Origin: Eledone cirrhosa
Lineage: Eukaryota
DNA length: 64,000 bases
NCBI GenBank assembly: GCA_964016885.1
Contig: OZ024740.1
Coordinates: forward strand, 196,106,001 to 196,170,000
Reading direction: 5' to 3'
The notes below the pieces were generated by a model, which worked only from the letters and a program-made list of their open reading frames with translations, was not told the DNA's origin and ran no database searches. This document shows, one piece after another, positions 23,175 to 37,299 of the stretch. The translations under genes were made by a program, and so were the position numbers. Numbering within the stretch: the first letter of the stretch is position 1; every line of letters begins with the position of its first letter.

Positions 23175-25455
23175 TTAACTTTGTATGTAGGGAAGACGAG
23201 TCTTCTGTATTACTGCGTGGCGCCAAAGATCTTGATCTAGTGACATTGTCTTAGAGAGGTGCAAGTGTGTAAGGTCGGATTTTATCATGTCGTCCCAGGT
23301 TTTTCTGGGTCTACCTACTCCGTAACTTCCATCAATTTTGATCGCCCTACAATTTTTTATACAGCTGTCATCTTTCATGCGCATCACGTTACCATACCAA
23401 CGTAGTCTCCTCTCAAGTAAACAGCATCTGATCCCTCTTATTCCTAATTTCTCACTTAGTTCGTTTATGTTTTGCCGTTTGTGAATGTTACTATTACACA
23501 TCCAATGGAGCATGCATACTTCGTTCCTTTCCAGTCTATGCAGGTCCTCCGCACACAATGCTCCTGTCTCACTGCCATGTGACATTGCTGATCATATATG
23601 AGCATCATATAATCTGCCTTTCATTTTTAGAGAGAAACCTTTTGTGGCCAACAGCGGTATTAGCTCTCTGAACTTATCCCATCCCGTTCTAACTCTGGCT
23701 ACTGTACTTTCAGAGCACCCTCCACCAACGGAAAGTGTTCACTATTTCTATAGAACCATCTGGCAGTAGAAGGAGTTAAAATCCTGTGGGTACTTACTAC
23801 TAATTGCACCTGAGCATCGGCCACATATAAAATCTACATTCTTAGATAGCTTGCCTATGATCCCACATCTTTTATATACCCATAGTTTGAATTTGGGGCA
23901 TAGAATGGAGATTCTACCTACTCCTTTCATACACACTGAGCATGGCCATTTCCCAGAGGGCACCTGTGCCCTATTTTCCTTTCTACATATTAGACAAGTT
24001 AACTTTAAGGCCTTTTGATTCTAGGCCATGCTTCCATGTTTGGAATTTTTTGTCTAGTTCAGCCATAGATTCAGCTATGAGAGTTAGATTATTTGCATAT
24101 AGAAGTTCCCATGGGCAGCCGGTCTTAAACTCCTCTGTTATAGCCTGAAGGGCAATAATAAACAGGAGGGAGCCTTGATGAACAACTACTTTTACACTAA
24201 ATTCTTCACTATATTCATTGTTAATTCTAACCTTGCTGACTGTGTTTCTTTATACATGGTTTGTATAGCTCTCACAAGCCATTTATATACTCCTAGTTTT
24301 CTAAGGGCCCACCAGATAATGGAGTGGGGTCTCTGTCAAAGGCTAAGTAGAAGGGTTTACTTTTAGCTAGGTACTTCTTCTGTAGTTGCCATACAAGGAA
24401 AAGAGCATCTGTCATACTTTTACCTGGCACAAACCCAAACTGCATTTCATCTAGATCAATTCAGTGTCTAATTAGTTGTGTAATAACTCTTTCTGTGACC
24501 TTCATGACCTTGTCAACTAACTTAATGTCATTATAGTTTCCTCTATCTAGAGTATCTCCTTTTCCCTTGTAGCAGTTAACGATGCTGCTGCTGCTACGCC
24601 AGTCATTTGGTATGCCCCCATTCTGTATTACTTGGTTTACTATCCAGGTGACCATAGTATGTCCCACCATTCTAGATGCTTTCAATATCTCAACAACTAT
24701 CTCCGAAGGCCCAGCTGCCTTGTCTGTTTTTATATCTTTGATTACCTTACTTATTATACTACCATTAACTTGCACAGCTTGTCCCTCTATTGAATCAATT
24801 TGGGGCAGACTATTTTTTTTCCCATTTATTCTCCTCATTTAGTAATCTCTCGTAGTGACACTTCCAAGCTAACTTCTTATCAGTGAGGGCAAGTATACCA
24901 TCATCATTATGGACACACTTCTCCTCGCCAATATCACAGTTTTCCTTGCGATCCTGAACACCTCACATTTTTGGTCCTCACGTTGTAGGAGCTTGCTTGA
25001 ATTTTCTATCCTCTGCTTCCCTTCTTGCAAAGTACACTTGTTGCCTAGTCTCTCTCCTAGCCACCTGATAGTGTTCTCTACTCCCACCATACATTCCAAG
25101 CCTGCTTTTTGGCCCTGATTGTCTCCTCCACCTTACTGTTCCACCACCATGTTACTCTCCTCCTGCCTATAGGTCTGCTCCAGCCACAGATTTCATCTGT
25201 CACCTTCAGCAGGTTAATTTTCAAGAATTCCCACTGTTCCTCTATATTGTATGTCTCTAATTGCTCTTCGTTATTGTCAAAAGCATCAAGTAATATGCTT
25301 TAAATTTGTTACTGGCTGTGGGGTCCTTCAACTTCCATATTCTTCTCCTCAAGGTAGTCTTCTGTCTTCGAATACATCTAGTCCTGACTATGAGGTCACT
25401 AACTATTAGGCTATGTTGAGAGGTGCATTCTTCATGAGGGAGGGACTTTGTGTTT
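23175..25455 (-). mobile_element. Decayed RTE LINE copy
   Basis: Fragments KAAGPSEIVVEILKA, CYKGKGD, WPCSVC..CGRC and RRLRWYG..GRPRKTW are homologous to the 54-56 kb ORF. Many stops and frameshifts. Confidence 0.88.
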
Positions 25456-25504
25456 ATAACATATATATATATATATACTGAATGTGTATGTGCATGCCAA
25501 TGTA

Positions 25505-25834
25505 TCATCATCATTTCATTTTACGTCCGCTTTTTCCCTGCTTGCAAGGGTGGGACGGGAACTGATGCTGGCTTGATTTCTACAACTGGATGCCCTTCCT
25601 AACACCAACCTCATTTACAGTGAGTGCTGGGTGCTTTTTTGCTGTGGCACCTCCACGACCACTTTGCAGTGGAATGATATGGACCCCAGTCCCTATCATC
25701 TCATTTCTACAGCTGAGTAAACTGAAGCAATATGAAATAAAGTGTCTTGCTCAAGGAAACAACACATCACCCGGTCTGAGAATTGAACTCACAACCTTTC
25801 GATTGCCAGGCCAATGCTCTAACCACTAAGCCAT
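25505..25834 (-). mobile_element. SINE family A copy
   Basis: Near-identical to 15630-15975. Confidence 0.85.
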
Positions 25835-25881
25835 ATATATATATATGTATTTATACACATATGCACACACACACATGAATG

Positions 25882-25925
<44 letters not shown>

Positions 25926-25945
25926 TATATATATGTATATGTGTA

Positions 25946-25976
<31 letters not shown>

Positions 25977-26043
25977 TTGTGTGTGTGTGTATGTATTTGT
26001 ATTTACACACACGAGTGTATTTATGTAAATATGTTTGTGTGTG

Positions 26044-26092
<49 letters not shown>

Positions 26093-27400
26093 AACGGAGT
26101 TAAAGACTCACAGTAATCCTCTATAATTTAATGAGCTCAAGGAATAGATTCTGGGCTGTTTATAAATCAACATATAGAGAGAAGTATACATAGAGATATG
26201 TGTTCAATCATAGGGGATCAAAAACCACCAGAGTGATGAGCATATTGACTATGAAAGGAAAGGTGAATACAAATCAATTAAAAGAATATATTAAAGTGTA
26301 CTAACCATCTAATGATAACTATAACACCCGGACATGCTAAATTAGAGTCTGTGTGTGTGTGTGTGTGTGTGTATACACACATATACACATATATATGGCT
26401 TGGCTGAGTGGTTAAGATTTTTGCTTTGTAATCATAAGGTCCCAGGTTCAGTCCTACTATGTAGTATCTTGGTCAAGTGCCTTTTACTACAGTCTTTGAC
26501 TGGTGCAGCTCTTGTGAATGAAATTGTGTCAATAAAAACTGTATGAAAACCCATACAGGTGCATTGAACCTGTAATTTAATGGCACAGTCTTGTTACAGA
26601 GTGGTGAGCTGATTTCACTTACAAATTACATCAATGATACAGCTGTCTGAATAAACAACTGGACACTCATATGTTGTTATCAATAAGAGAGCCTATCATA
26701 CACACACATGCATATATATATATATGCTTCTTTCTCGCTACATCTTTTATATTTAAATATACATACACACACACACACATATATATATATATATGTATAT
26801 ACACACATATATATATGTACAGCCACCGGAAATAACATCTGTGAAATATACAACGCCATCTACCTGTTAGCAAACTACCTCAACGTGAAACAAAAGAACC
26901 CTTAAAAGCTACCAGAATAAACGCCTACACAGCGGCTAAACATGAAACGATTATTTCTGTATAAATAGAGTGGTTCCAAACACTTCGCCAGTCGATATTT
27001 GGCAGAGTCAGCTAGCGTATCGTTGTTCCTTTACTCTGCCCCGCTTTGTCACTCACACACGCCTTGTACCTCGTATCGTCGTTTCATGTGAAAATAAATA
27101 GCTGATCGAATTTACATCTCGCCTTGCTTCGTCCTTTCAACTTGTACTTTCGTCTGTCCATCCTCAACAGTTCTTTTAAGGGCTATATGCGACAACAGCC
27201 CTTTTAAGGGCTATCTTCAGATCTGATCAGACCGTATGCGATAACAGTCCTTCTAAGGGCTATTCTCGGATCTGATCAGAAGTAGTGACCAGACTGACTA
27301 ACCACGTCGCTATATATATATACACACATATATATATATTATTTAATAAAATTTATTGGTTGGTGAAGAGAAAAAATATATAAATATATACACACACATG

Positions 27401-27402
<2 letters not shown>

Positions 27403-27470
<68 letters not shown>
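27403..27470. repeat. (CA)n microsatellite
   Basis: Pure CA run. Other simple repeats: (TA)n at 18249, 25835-26085 and 56680; TG-rich compound repeat 22482-22665; (CATA)n at 42520, 42969 and 46414; 21-bp unit at 29155-29250. Confidence 0.95.
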
Positions 27471-27475
<5 letters not shown>

Positions 27476-27744
27476 CTAAGCCCATCATTTGTCTTAACTT
27501 GAACATAAACAAATCTACTCCAATCAGAAAGTTATCTACGAATACAATCAAATTCAAAGTAGCAATTAAAAAAGACTAAATAAAGTTATTGATATTTATT
27601 AAAATAGATTATTCAAAATATTACCTAAATAAAATAAGATATTAAATATCAAAACATTCAATAAAAAGCTAGATATTGTTATTGAAATATCTAGATAAAT
27701 TACTAAACGGAATATTATTCAGATAGATAAATATCAATTGAGAC

Positions 27745-27910
27745 CAGACATGGACAACCTTTTTTCTGACCAGTGGGTCACATAGGATGTGGCTCATCAT
27801 AAGGCAGGCCTCACTACTAAAACATTGATGGTAATTTTGAGATTAGGCATGCTATTTAGAAAGCTAAACAAGCTGCATGTGGCTTGTAGGCCACAGTTTG
27901 CTCGTGACTG
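27745..27910. mobile_element. hAT (Charlie-like) MITE
   Basis: CAGACATGGACAACC...GTTTGCTCGTGACTG ends. 8-bp flanks ATTGAGAC / ATCTAGAC resemble the NTCTAGAN target. Confidence 0.55.
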
Positions 27911-29746
27911 ATCTAGACAAATAAATATCCAAATAAATGATATCTCAATAAAAGTTAAGGAGACATTATCTCACCTAAACCACCCTGTGCATAATTCCAT
28001 CCTACAAAGGTCTTGTATAGCTTAACTACTAAGCATGTATGTATGAAATTTGAAATGTGTGCATCCCTAATGCAAATAGCAAAAATAATATTAAAACAAT
28101 GTAGCTTCTGATCAAGACGAAGTGAGAGTGTATTTGATTTAATACATATAAAAATGAGAAATCTCATTGCTAGAACAGCCGTTAAAACAGCTAAATGTTG
28201 TCAAAAAACAACGATGGGCAAAAATACCCCAGCAGACAGAGACCAACAGCTAGTGGTCAACAGAGAGACAATCCACAAGGTGGGTGCCAGGCAGATGATA
28301 GTCAATGACTATACATGATAGTTGAGAAAATCGGGTGAAGTACTCCTGGAGATGGAGAAAAAGTGGACAGAAGTGCTTGACTCTCTCTATAAACAATAGT
28401 TGAGAGAATCAGGTAAAGTGCCCTGGAAGATGGAAAAAAAGTTAACAGAAACACCTTTTATAGTGATCGACTATTATTATGGTTATTTGCGTTGGGACAC
28501 ACATATATATCAAATTTTCCTAATTCTTCTTAAGTCAACTTGACACACAATTTTATTGCATATCAAGCATCCAAGTTGTCATTACATTCCGACTGCATTG
28601 TGGAACCAGTCAGCTGTGACAAGACGTGTATGATAGATAATGTTTAAAGTGACATAGTGGTCTGAACCTGCAGCCCGGAAAAAATATATTTAGCATGTTA
28701 GCTTATTATTGCCATATCAAGGATGTATTAAAGTGACTGTTATGTAGGTCAATTAAAAATGCTTGAAATGAAAAGGTTTCAAAACTTCTTGAGTATAACA
28801 TTATGATCACCAACATCTGTTTTAAGTCTGCTCTTTCTTGCTGGTATGGGATAGAGATTTTTTTGTGGCAATATTTTATGGTTGGCTGCTGTACTTGATA
28901 TTAACATTTACTTATTTCATGGATTTTATACAGCTGAGCTGAAGATCATAAACAATTTACATTGGCTGTCCAAGTGATGTCAATGCAAAGACATGCATGC
29001 ACACACACACATATTACAAGCTTCCACACAGTTCCTGCATACTTATTTCACTCCCAAAGAACTGGTCAGTCTAAGGCTATAGTATAAAATACTTTTCCAT
29101 GGAGCCATGGAACTAGAAATTACGTAGTTGCAAATCAAACTTATTAATGATGCAGCCATGCATGCACCTATCACAGCCATGCTTGCATATATCACAGCCA
29201 TGTTTGTACATATCACAGCCATGCTTGCATGCACTTATTACAGCCATGCACACACACACACACACATACATATACACACATGCATGCAGCATTATAAACC
29301 TGTGTTTGTATTCAAATGTTAATTATATTACAATAGCTTATAAAGAAGTTAAAATCTTATCTCTGAAAATGTGATCGTATGTTGATGATGTTTCATTAAC
29401 TTAAAGTATAACGCAGGAGCACTAAACTAAATTCAGTTATTGATCTTGCTTTTAAATGTTCAAATTATTGATTTTTTTTTACATAGATCTTGTGCATTTT
29501 CTGTTTTTAATTACAGATCTTAGAGGCCAAGGACACTTCAAAACATTCAAAACACAGCATTCTGCAGTTATAGGAATGCACCTCCACCAGTGTTGATGAT
29601 GAGTATTTCAGTTGTTTGAACAAAGGAACAGCCTGCTCATGAAATGAACGTGCAAGTAGCTGAGCATTCTACAGACATTTGTACCCTTAACATAAGTCTT
29701 ATGTAGTTTCAGCATGACGCAATATGTGATATAGCTAGCCCTTTAA

Positions 29747-29954
29747 CCTTTTAGCTTTTAAACCAGCCATATCTGACCAGAATTCCCTCACCTCCTTCTG
29801 TCCAAAATAGCTGTAATCGGCCACTCATACTGATATTAAGGTATTGTTCTCAAAATAAATAATAACAAAATCTCATAGATTCGATATTATGTGAGGTAAA
29901 GCCTTTACTATGAAAATATAATAGTAAATATATAATAATGTGAATGCTAAAGGG
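29747..29954. mobile_element. piggyBac-type MITE, single 208-bp unit
   Basis: TTAA|CCTTTTAGC...GCTAAAGGG|TTAA. Internal sequence matches 4861-5067 in reverse. Confidence 0.8.
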
Positions 29955-31006
29955 TTAAATTACAGCTACAGTCCATCTTATGACCCTCGAAACAGTTTCC
30001 GTGTACTAAATTTCATTCACAAGGCTCAGATTGATCTAGGCTGTGGTAAATGACACATATCCAAGATAACATGTAATGGGATTGAACCCAGCATCTAAGG
30101 ATTACAAAATGAACTGCACCCTATCATTATAGTTAATACTAGGAACAACTATAAAATACAGCAGCATTTTGTCATCACTAATACTAGCAAAAAACTTCAC
30201 CATATGGCAGCATGCTGTTATAGCTAACAATAGAAATACCATCACAATAAACTAATGTAGCATCATAGCTAACGCAAGAAAGAAAAAATCAAAATACAGT
30301 GCCATACTCTAATTGCAAAACTAAAAACATTTAAAATACAATATAATACTGTCAGAGTGAAACGGAGAAAACCATGAAAATACAACATTTTACTGTCATG
30401 AAAACATAAAAGTATTCAAATAAAACACCATAGCTAACACTATGAAAATCTTTAAAGCACCACTCTCTACTGTCATGGCCAACAGTAGGAAAAGCTTTAA
30501 TATTCTATATTATACTACCATAGCTATATTATACTGGTATGGTATGATCTTGTAACTCCTGATGGAGTCATAAGGGCAGCGTAGTGGCATATCCTGTTTC
30601 TTGGATATTTTTAAACCTAGAGCCCACTTCTCTCCAGATTTCTTCCAGAGAAGGATAGAAAGTAAGAGAGAGGAAGTGAGAAAGAGATATAGAGGAAGAA
30701 TCCACCCCAGTTCTTGATTGGTACTTTTTTATTGACCTTGAAAGAGTTTCTTCTTCTTCCCCCCCCCCCCCCCCCCCTTTTTCTTCTTTTCTTCAATGGC
30801 ATTAAATTTATTTGTTGGTTGGTTTTCCCATAAAATTTTTCCAGCAATTTTTTCCCCGAGACATTCTAACCACAACTCCATTTAAATGCATCTAATTGTT
30901 GTAACAGTTGCATAAGCCTATCGTTGACCGAATGGAACCCTGGTAATGAGAGCATGAGAATTGAAACACAGTTAGTTTGAGAGTCCAATGTCTTCTGTTT
31001 TCAAAA

Positions 31007-31355
31007 CATCATCATTTTCATCATCATTTCATTTTATGTCCACTTTTTCCCTGCTTGCAAGGGTGGGACGGGAACTGATTCTGGCTTGATTTCTACAGCT
31101 GGGTGCCCTTTCTAACACCAACCTCATTTGCAGTGTGGGCTGGGTGCTTTTTTGCTGTGGCACCTCCACGACCACTTTGCAGTGGAATGATAGGGACCCC
31201 AGTCCCTATCATCTCATTTCTACAGCTGAGTAAACTGGAGTAATGTGAAATAAAGTGTCTTGCTCAAGGAAACAACACATCACTCGGTCTGAGAATTGAA
31301 CTCACAACCTTTCGATTGCAAGGCCAATGCTCTAACTACTAAGCCATGTGCCTCC
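31007..31355 (-). mobile_element. SINE family A copy
   Basis: Near-identical to 15630-15975. Confidence 0.85.
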
Positions 31356-31724
31356 ATAACATATATGTCTAAAACATATATATCTAAATCATTATTATCC
31401 TCATATCATCATCATTTGTACATACTTTTTTTTTTTCGAGGCAGTTTTTCTCTCCAGTATGATGCCCTTTCTAATGTCAACTCAAACTGTAGTTTTTGGT
31501 ACGGTGTATGTTAATGACCTCCCTCACGCATCTAACCTGTAGTAACTAATTGTTTATGCAGGATATAAACAAATATCACTGCTTGCTTTAAGTGGTACTG
31601 GTATGAAGATACATGGAGACACACTCACACATACACTATAGGCATCCTCAAAGTTTCTGTCTACCAAATTCACTCACAAAGCATTGGTTGGCTTGAGGCT
31701 TATCATTTGTAATTATTGAGAGAT

Positions 31725-32760
31725 ATATAGACCTGGAAGCATAGCTTGGGGTCAAAAGGTCTTAAAGTCAACTTGGTGAAGACTAAAGTCCTAGAAAGTA
31801 GAAAGGAAAACGGAGTCTTAACTCCTTTGGGGAAATGACCTTGCTCTGTGTGCAAGAAAGGAGTGAGTAGGAATTCCATCCTATGTTCCAAATGCAAACT
31901 ATGGGTACACAAGAGATGTAGCGGGATCTCAGGCTGGCTAGCAAAGAATATAGGTTTTAGATGCACAGGAGCAGTAAGTAGCATGAGATTGCAGGAAACA
32001 AGCGCTATTCAATTTTTAGAGGGTTTTGAAGAAGCAGTTGGCAACTTCTATTACCTAGGTGACCAGATTAACAGTGAAGGTGGGTGTTCTGAAAGTACAG
32101 TAGCCAGAGTAAGAACAGGATTTAAAGGGTTCAGGGAGCTACTACCGCTGCTAACCATAAAGGGTTTTTCCCTCAAAATGAAAAGCAGATTCTATGATGC
32201 TTGTGTATGAACAGCAATTTTGCATGGTAGTGAGATCTACACACTGTGTGCAGAGGACTTATGAAGATTGGAAAGAAATGAAGCATCCATGCTTCAATTG
32301 ATGTGTAATAGTAGTGTGCACAAATGTTGAAGTGGGCATAAGAGGAATCGGATGCAGTGTGCAGAAAAGTAACAAGATAGTGGACAACTGGAAATTCCTA
32401 CATGACAACCTTTTGCCAAATACTGACAGACCTGTGGCTGAAGTATAGCACCAGCCAGACAGAGAGTGACATGGTGGTGGAACTTCACAGCGGATAGAGC
32501 CATTAAAGTCAAGAGACAGGCATGGAAAGACTGGAAAAATGGGGGTAGCAGAGACCAGTACCAGGTAGCTAAGAGAGAAGCTAGACAACAGGTATACACA
32601 GCTTGGATAGAGACTGTAAAAAGAATGTTTACCAATGTCTTGAGACACAAGGACCAGAGATGTGAAGTGGAAACCTGGGCAGAGGTTGTGAGAGCTGACG
32701 TCAAATTGCTAATACTGGAAAAGGAGATGAAGGAAGCGGCAAGTGGAGAGATGCAAGCAT
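31725..32760 (+). mobile_element. Rearranged RTE fragments
   Basis: The PHD/C-terminal piece (31848-32210) precedes a VTWWWN piece (32466-32665) that lies upstream of it in the intact ORF. Confidence 0.8.
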
Positions 32761-33185
32761 GGAAAAGCGGACATAAAAATGATGATATATATATGTAGAT
32801 TCTCGGGTTGTGTCCAGGATCGGGGAAACCACAATTAAAAATGGTACTCAATACATTGGTAGATTATATGCATCTTTATATATATATATATAAGTTTATC
32901 CTGGGTTCAATCGGGGGTAACCACAGTAAGTAAGGTACTCAATACAAAGCAGAGTATAAATATTTAATGTAGAAAAGGCTTCTACAGGACTAGAACTGTT
33001 TCATTTGGGAGAGATATATATAAGCAGCCGATGGCAACCTCTTTTTCCATCTTTTAAAAGTCTTCACCTTAATTTATAGCTTTCTGCTCATGAGCACATC
33101 ATTCTATATATATACTCTTTTACTATTTTACCTGTCCCAGCCATCCAATTGAGGCCATGCTGGGGCACCGCCCTTGTTGCAACAC

Positions 33186-33915
33186 TTATGGCTAAGTGAT
33201 GTGACTTGTTGCTCACAGAATCATCAGTCTTTTCTGATGGCCCGATGAATACAGAAGTGAAACTCGAATAACAAGTCTCATTCTATCTATTTAGAGCGGG
33301 TAAAATTCCCGAGATCCATGGACGAGCTCTCTCCAGCGGTCTCTGTCCCTCATTATCACTGCCATGTCCTGCGTCTCCAACAGACCAGTGTCTGTCCTTA
33401 GGGCATCAACATATGTTAACTTCGGTCTTCCTCTTCCAGTGTGTCCATGCAGGGGCTTCCACAGGAGCACTGAGTGCAATGTCAATTCTGGATGTCGGTG
33501 AGCATGTCCAGCTAACCTCAGTCTCTTCTGTGTCACTTTTGAGCTGATATCACTGCTCTACACCAACACCAAAGCCCAAGTCATTACACCTGATGGGATG
33601 ACAGAGTTCTTTGAGATACTGGCTGGAGTGCTCCAGGGAGATACATTGGCTCCCTACCTTTTTATCATCGTAGTGGACTATTGTATGTGCCTTTCGCTGG
33701 AGAAACACCAGGACTCTGGCTTTACTGTAACACCGGCTCAGAGCAGGAGAGTTAAGGCAAAAAAGATATCAGATGCTGAATTTACCGACGACATAGTTTT
33801 GGTAACCAACACAGTGAAGGAGGCAGAGGATTTGATACAGGAGGTGGAGACTGTGTCAATGAGTGTGGGGCTGAGAATGAATGAGATTAAGACAAGACTC
33901 ATTACTTGGCCATAA
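33186..33915. mobile_element. Second RTE-like family with an internal inversion
   Basis: Minus-strand C-terminus (RLRLAGH..GRGRP, 33291-33536) is joined head-to-head to a plus-strand RT piece (GVLQGDTLAPYLF..FTDD, about 33555-33895). Confidence 0.8.
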
Positions 33916-34829
33916 TAAAAGATATGAAACTCTACTTCGGTATTTTGTACTCATTCTCACGCCCGTCAACGTCATACGTGTCTGTGTGTGTGTGTATACA
34001 CACATATACAGTCCATTAACATAGCTTCATTGCAATTTGAGGAAGAAACTGAATATTGTTCCAGATGTAATTAATTGGTTTGAGATTGCTGAGATTATAA
34101 ATTCCGTTATGTTTATGAAAAATCTACTTTAATGCTTAAAATGTATAAAGTTATATGAACGTAGGGAAAATGCGCATGCATTCGTGAAAGATCGCGTGTT
34201 GAAGCACGTTTTACTTCATGTGATGTTTCTAAATGTGTGCCAATAGGAAATATAATATAAGAAATGGAAATCGACTGCTTCCACGTCAGTTTCCTAGAAA
34301 CAGGGGAGATAATTACGAGAGCAAGTAACAACCCAAAACGGAGCTTTTGTGTAGTCGTGCAACTTGCTAGAAATAACAGTCAAATATCCTTCAAATTATT
34401 CTCATCCACCTTAATTAAGGAAATAATTCATTAAAATATGTAGTCCTACACACGCTTAAAGAAACAATCATGTGGGGAATATTAGGTCTGTTTGATGAGG
34501 TTGACTTAGGGCCAACTGACCAAAATAAAATGCGTGCATGCGCGCGCGTTTGTTTCTAATGGTTGAACACATTTTAAGAGACAATTCATGTGAGTGTATA
34601 AATAGTATTAATGAATATACATATTCGCATACTCTGTATGTGTGTGTGTGCGTATATATACACACATACAGACAAGCATGTGTGTATGTTTGACATAATT
34701 TAGCATTATAACATTATCTTGTTTCGCTTCGAGGAGCTGCTCAGAAATTTACCATAGTATATTTTCTGTGAGCTGCTTTTTTGTAAGGATAAATGATCAG
34801 AATCAAATATGAATTAGTCTTACAATTTA

Positions 34830-35215
34830 TTTTATTAAGGCATAACTGTTAACATAATATTACAAATTTTAAAAAAAAAGAAAGAAAAGAAGAAAAAACA
34901 CGCATTGGTAATACACACATCTAAGACCACATACAACAAAAAGCAGGCGAAAGGGGTGGACAAATGAACCACTACCAGAGAAAAAGATAACACTATCGCG
35001 AGGAGCACTGGGAAACCTTTCTGATAATTGTTCAGGCAAGCCAGCACACTCGCAACGTTACCTCGGGTGATGGCGAGGCTAATGCGATGGAACAGCCAAG
35101 CACCCTCACGAACATCACCAGTTACCTCGGTTTGCGAGTCGCCAGTGAAGACAAGAACCTCGCAGTTAGCGGCCCGACTCCCCCAAACGTCTCAAATACC
35201 ACAGGCTGGAAAATA
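34830..35215 (-). mobile_element. CRE-like 3' fragment
   Basis: Nucleotide homology to 38690-38875 (FETFGGVGPL..AWLFHRISLAITRGN), plus an AT-rich 3' UTR. Confidence 0.8.
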
Positions 35216-35339
35216 TGAATTTTTTGCTATTTTGTATTGAAGACTCATTTGGAACGGTTCTCCCTTATTCCTTTATAGTTTTCTGCTTTGTATATATATA
35301 CCCATGGGGGTGCCTGGTTGTTTCGGCACCTTAGCCTCA

Positions 35340-35645
35340 CCATCACCCGTGGTAATTCTGCGGGCGAATTGGCTTGCTTCAGAATATTGCGTTGACCCTT
35401 ATGATGTGTGGTCGATTGCCTCACTTGGTGGTGAATTGATATTCGTTTTCGTTTACCCGTTTTTTCTTTTCTTTTCTCTCGCTCTGGTCATATATTTTGG
35501 TACGTTGTTTTTGTGAGGTTGCTAATAATGGTTAATTTTATTTGTTATATGCGTTTATATCTGTTTATCAACATTATATTTGTAATGTTATTCTGAAAAA
35601 ATTGTAAGCAATTTGTAAGGTTATTTATACAACTGAATAAAAGAC
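35340..35645 (+). mobile_element. CRE-like extreme 3' fragment in the opposite orientation
   Basis: ATCACCCGTGGTAAT (ITRGN) and CACTTGGTGGTGAATTGAT, which is shared with 41221-41239 in reverse. Ends near AATAAA. Confidence 0.6.
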
Positions 35646-37299
35646 TAATAGTCTGTATAAATCAAAGGAAGTCATGTATGTTAAATATAGAAGTGGTGAT
35701 AGTAACATTGTTAATTATATCATTTATTGTCTTGTTGCATTAAATCTGAAAAGTATGCTCAACGAGAGGGACACGCATAACGTTGGGGAGCGCTCTCTAG
35801 GGTTTAGGACCTTAGGCGCTAACCGTGTCGTGTTCCCAGCTGTTGGAACAGAAAAAGCATTGCTCACTCTTGCGGGTGCCTAATTTCGCCCCGATAGAAG
35901 TGAATAGGAGGGTGGCTAATTTCGCCCCGATAGTAGTGAATAGGGAAGTCTCCACTGCTATATATTCGACGACAAACCTATCGGAGAGGGGTCGATACTC
36001 GGATAGCTTGTAGGACAGCGAAGCATGGGTTTGTAGCCATTATAATTATATTTCTGTAACACAAATACTTTGTAGTTCATTATATTACTGATTCGACTTA
36101 TAGTCACCCAAAGATTTGAACGTTGTTTCAAATCTCAGATTGACGAAGAACTCAATAGGTGCTTTTATTTTTCTGATCACTTCGTTAATGTTAAAATTGA
36201 GTGGGTTTGAATGAAATTTTGCCTAAAATTTCAAAAGTCATAACCAACTACAATTTAAACTATTTAATGCAGGTTTCTTGTTTTGAACCATTGTGTGGAC
36301 AGTATCGAAATTAAATAGATATAAAATCGAATGCAATATATATATTTTTTATAAAATGCCTGTTAAATATACATTGGAGAATTACCTCCCTTAGACGTGT
36401 TCTGGTACACAGGGAGAAACCCGCGCATGATTTATAGCCGCTTTATATCAGAGCGATGGCGATGTAAATAGAGGCAGAAGCAGTTTTAACTAGATGTATA
36501 ACAATTTGTTCGACGGCTCAGCAGTATAAAAGACTGGAGTTCACTAAAATAAAAAATGGTTTCTAGCATAGGCTAGCGATAACCAAATCTGGTGTCACAA
36601 CCCTATTTCAATGTGTTGGTTCGTCCTGTTTCAGATGTCACGCTTTACATCGGAAGGAGGAAAACAGTAAAAGAGAGATAGAGAGGGAATTAACATGTGG
36701 GTTGTAGTATCGGTATAGATAAAATCGGAAAGACAGCCCACCTGAATGGGGAGCCAATAAGGTGTAGTGGCTGTTGCAGCAAGTATCACTGGCCACTCTC
36801 CGCAGGGTGCAGCTGAAATACCGCTCGGACTGGGGTGGTGTGTCTGTCCCTCCCCTCTCCCTTTCTTTCGTTATTTAATTTTTTTTCTTTTTCTTCTTTT
36901 CATTTCTTTTTTTTTGTTCCCTTAAATAGTGTTTTGTTTTTGTATAAACAGCTTTGTAAAATAGCATAGCTGCAGTTATGTAGAGGTTCTTTTTTTAAAA
37001 AGCTTAGTTACTGGCCAAGTAGTAGGTATATAGTTACACAGTGGAAAGAACGCTGAAGGCACGTGAACATAAACTCATTTGTAAAAGTAAATGTCTGTTT
37101 GTAGCGAATATACAAAGCTATTTTCTTTTCATGAATGGGGGAGAGACGGAGACAGTGAGAGTGAGGTTGTTTTGTGTTCGGACTTTGTGTATGTGTATAT
37201 ATTTCACGGACACACACTCATGTATGTGACATGTATATGTGAAATTCCTTTTCTTTTTGTTTACATATTCTCAAATTGCTGTCTTCTTTGTTGTGATTA

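Noticed and set aside
25819-26090. ORFs rich in YI, HT, CV or YLSI repeats (also at 22478-22813, 42349-42716 and 57873-58175)
   Set aside because: Translations of TA, CA, CATA and TATC microsatellites.
36400-36860. CpG-containing segment with CCAAT as the neurensin promoter
   Set aside because: No convincing minus-strand donor or other support was found. It remains possible but is unsupported.
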